NCBI GenBank assembly: GCA_977016875.1
Contig: CDRNST010000013.1
Location: 1,054,001-1,118,000, forward strand
Source: Pavona decussata
Taxonomy: Eukaryota
DNA length: 64,000 nucleotides
Direction of reading: 5' to 3'
In this document: positions 63,454 to 64,000 of the stretch, piece by piece
How the letters are laid out: each line of letters starts with the position of its first letter
Numbering within the stretch: position 1 is the stretch's first letter
The notes under the pieces: model-generated
Seen by the model: only the letters and a program-made list of their open reading frames with translations
Databases searched by the model: none
Told to the model about the DNA's origin: nothing
Made by a program: the position numbers and the translations under genes

Positions 63454-63928
63454 CAGTAAACTCTCTCTTGACGGACACCTCTATAAGACGGACACCCTTT
63501 TAAGACCAACAAGATAAGACAGACCATGGACACTTTAAAACTGTCAACAGACACCTGTAAAGTTGTGTTTTTAGTGAAAAATACTTCAAAACGGAGTATG
63601 GGTGTTGAAAATGACAGCAAATTACAACTTACCTGTAGACGCAAAATTATTATTAAAAAATTAAATACGTCAAGAAGAGTAATTAAGGGCCTTAAGGGTT
63701 TCAAACAAATGCACAAAAGACAATCCATTTTCCAATATATTTCGTCCCAGTTTGTAGTTTAAACGACTGCAGGCAGACAATAAACAGCCACGTGTATTCA
63801 GTATGCATCAGGTTAGCTTTACTATCTCAGAATTACTGGTGTCATCTTACCTTTACACCGGACACCTCTTCAAGAGAGACAGTTGGAGTCGGTCCCACTA
63901 GGGTCCATCTCAGAGAGAGAGTTAACTG
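63454..63928. mobile_element. Tc1/mariner-type MITE
   Basis: TA|CAGTAAACTCTCTCT...AGAGAGAGTTAACTG|CA with internal GGACACC repeats. Confidence 0.65.
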
Positions 63929-64000
63929 CACATGTAATACCAGTTATCCTTTATCCTTGGTTTACAACTTTATTTCTCTTTGTTTCAAACTCGTTATGCA

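Overview
AT-rich eukaryotic DNA with spliceosomal introns. The repeat families resemble those of an anthozoan or stony coral (inference from recall, not a search). I found no intact host gene, rRNA, tRNA or CRISPR array. The window is a deeply nested transposon graveyard containing Kolobok (three relics, two with the P2X7-ballast-like KolX gene), Academ plus an AcademH-type RecQ relic, two BEL/Pao elements, Gypsy, two PIF/Harbinger elements, Sola3, piggyBac, CACTA/EnSpm, hAT and P-like fragments, RTE and CR1/L2 LINEs, a SINE and several MITEs. The main structural result is a ~22.8 kb inversion (~12867-35642). Flipping it back rejoins five split elements: a BEL element with a matching 5-bp TSD, a Harbinger, a second BEL, a Kolobok and a SINE. 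Other observations: a fold-back Sola3 whose left arm appears copied from its 3' end, a clean 30-bp micro-inversion of RecQ motif VI, a degenerate hammerhead ribozyme, and possible transposon cargo genes (two alpha-kinases, an F-box/LRR gene, a CXC-KolX fusion and an HMGXB3/Zisupton-like exon). All protein family calls are by-eye motif recognition; no searches were run.
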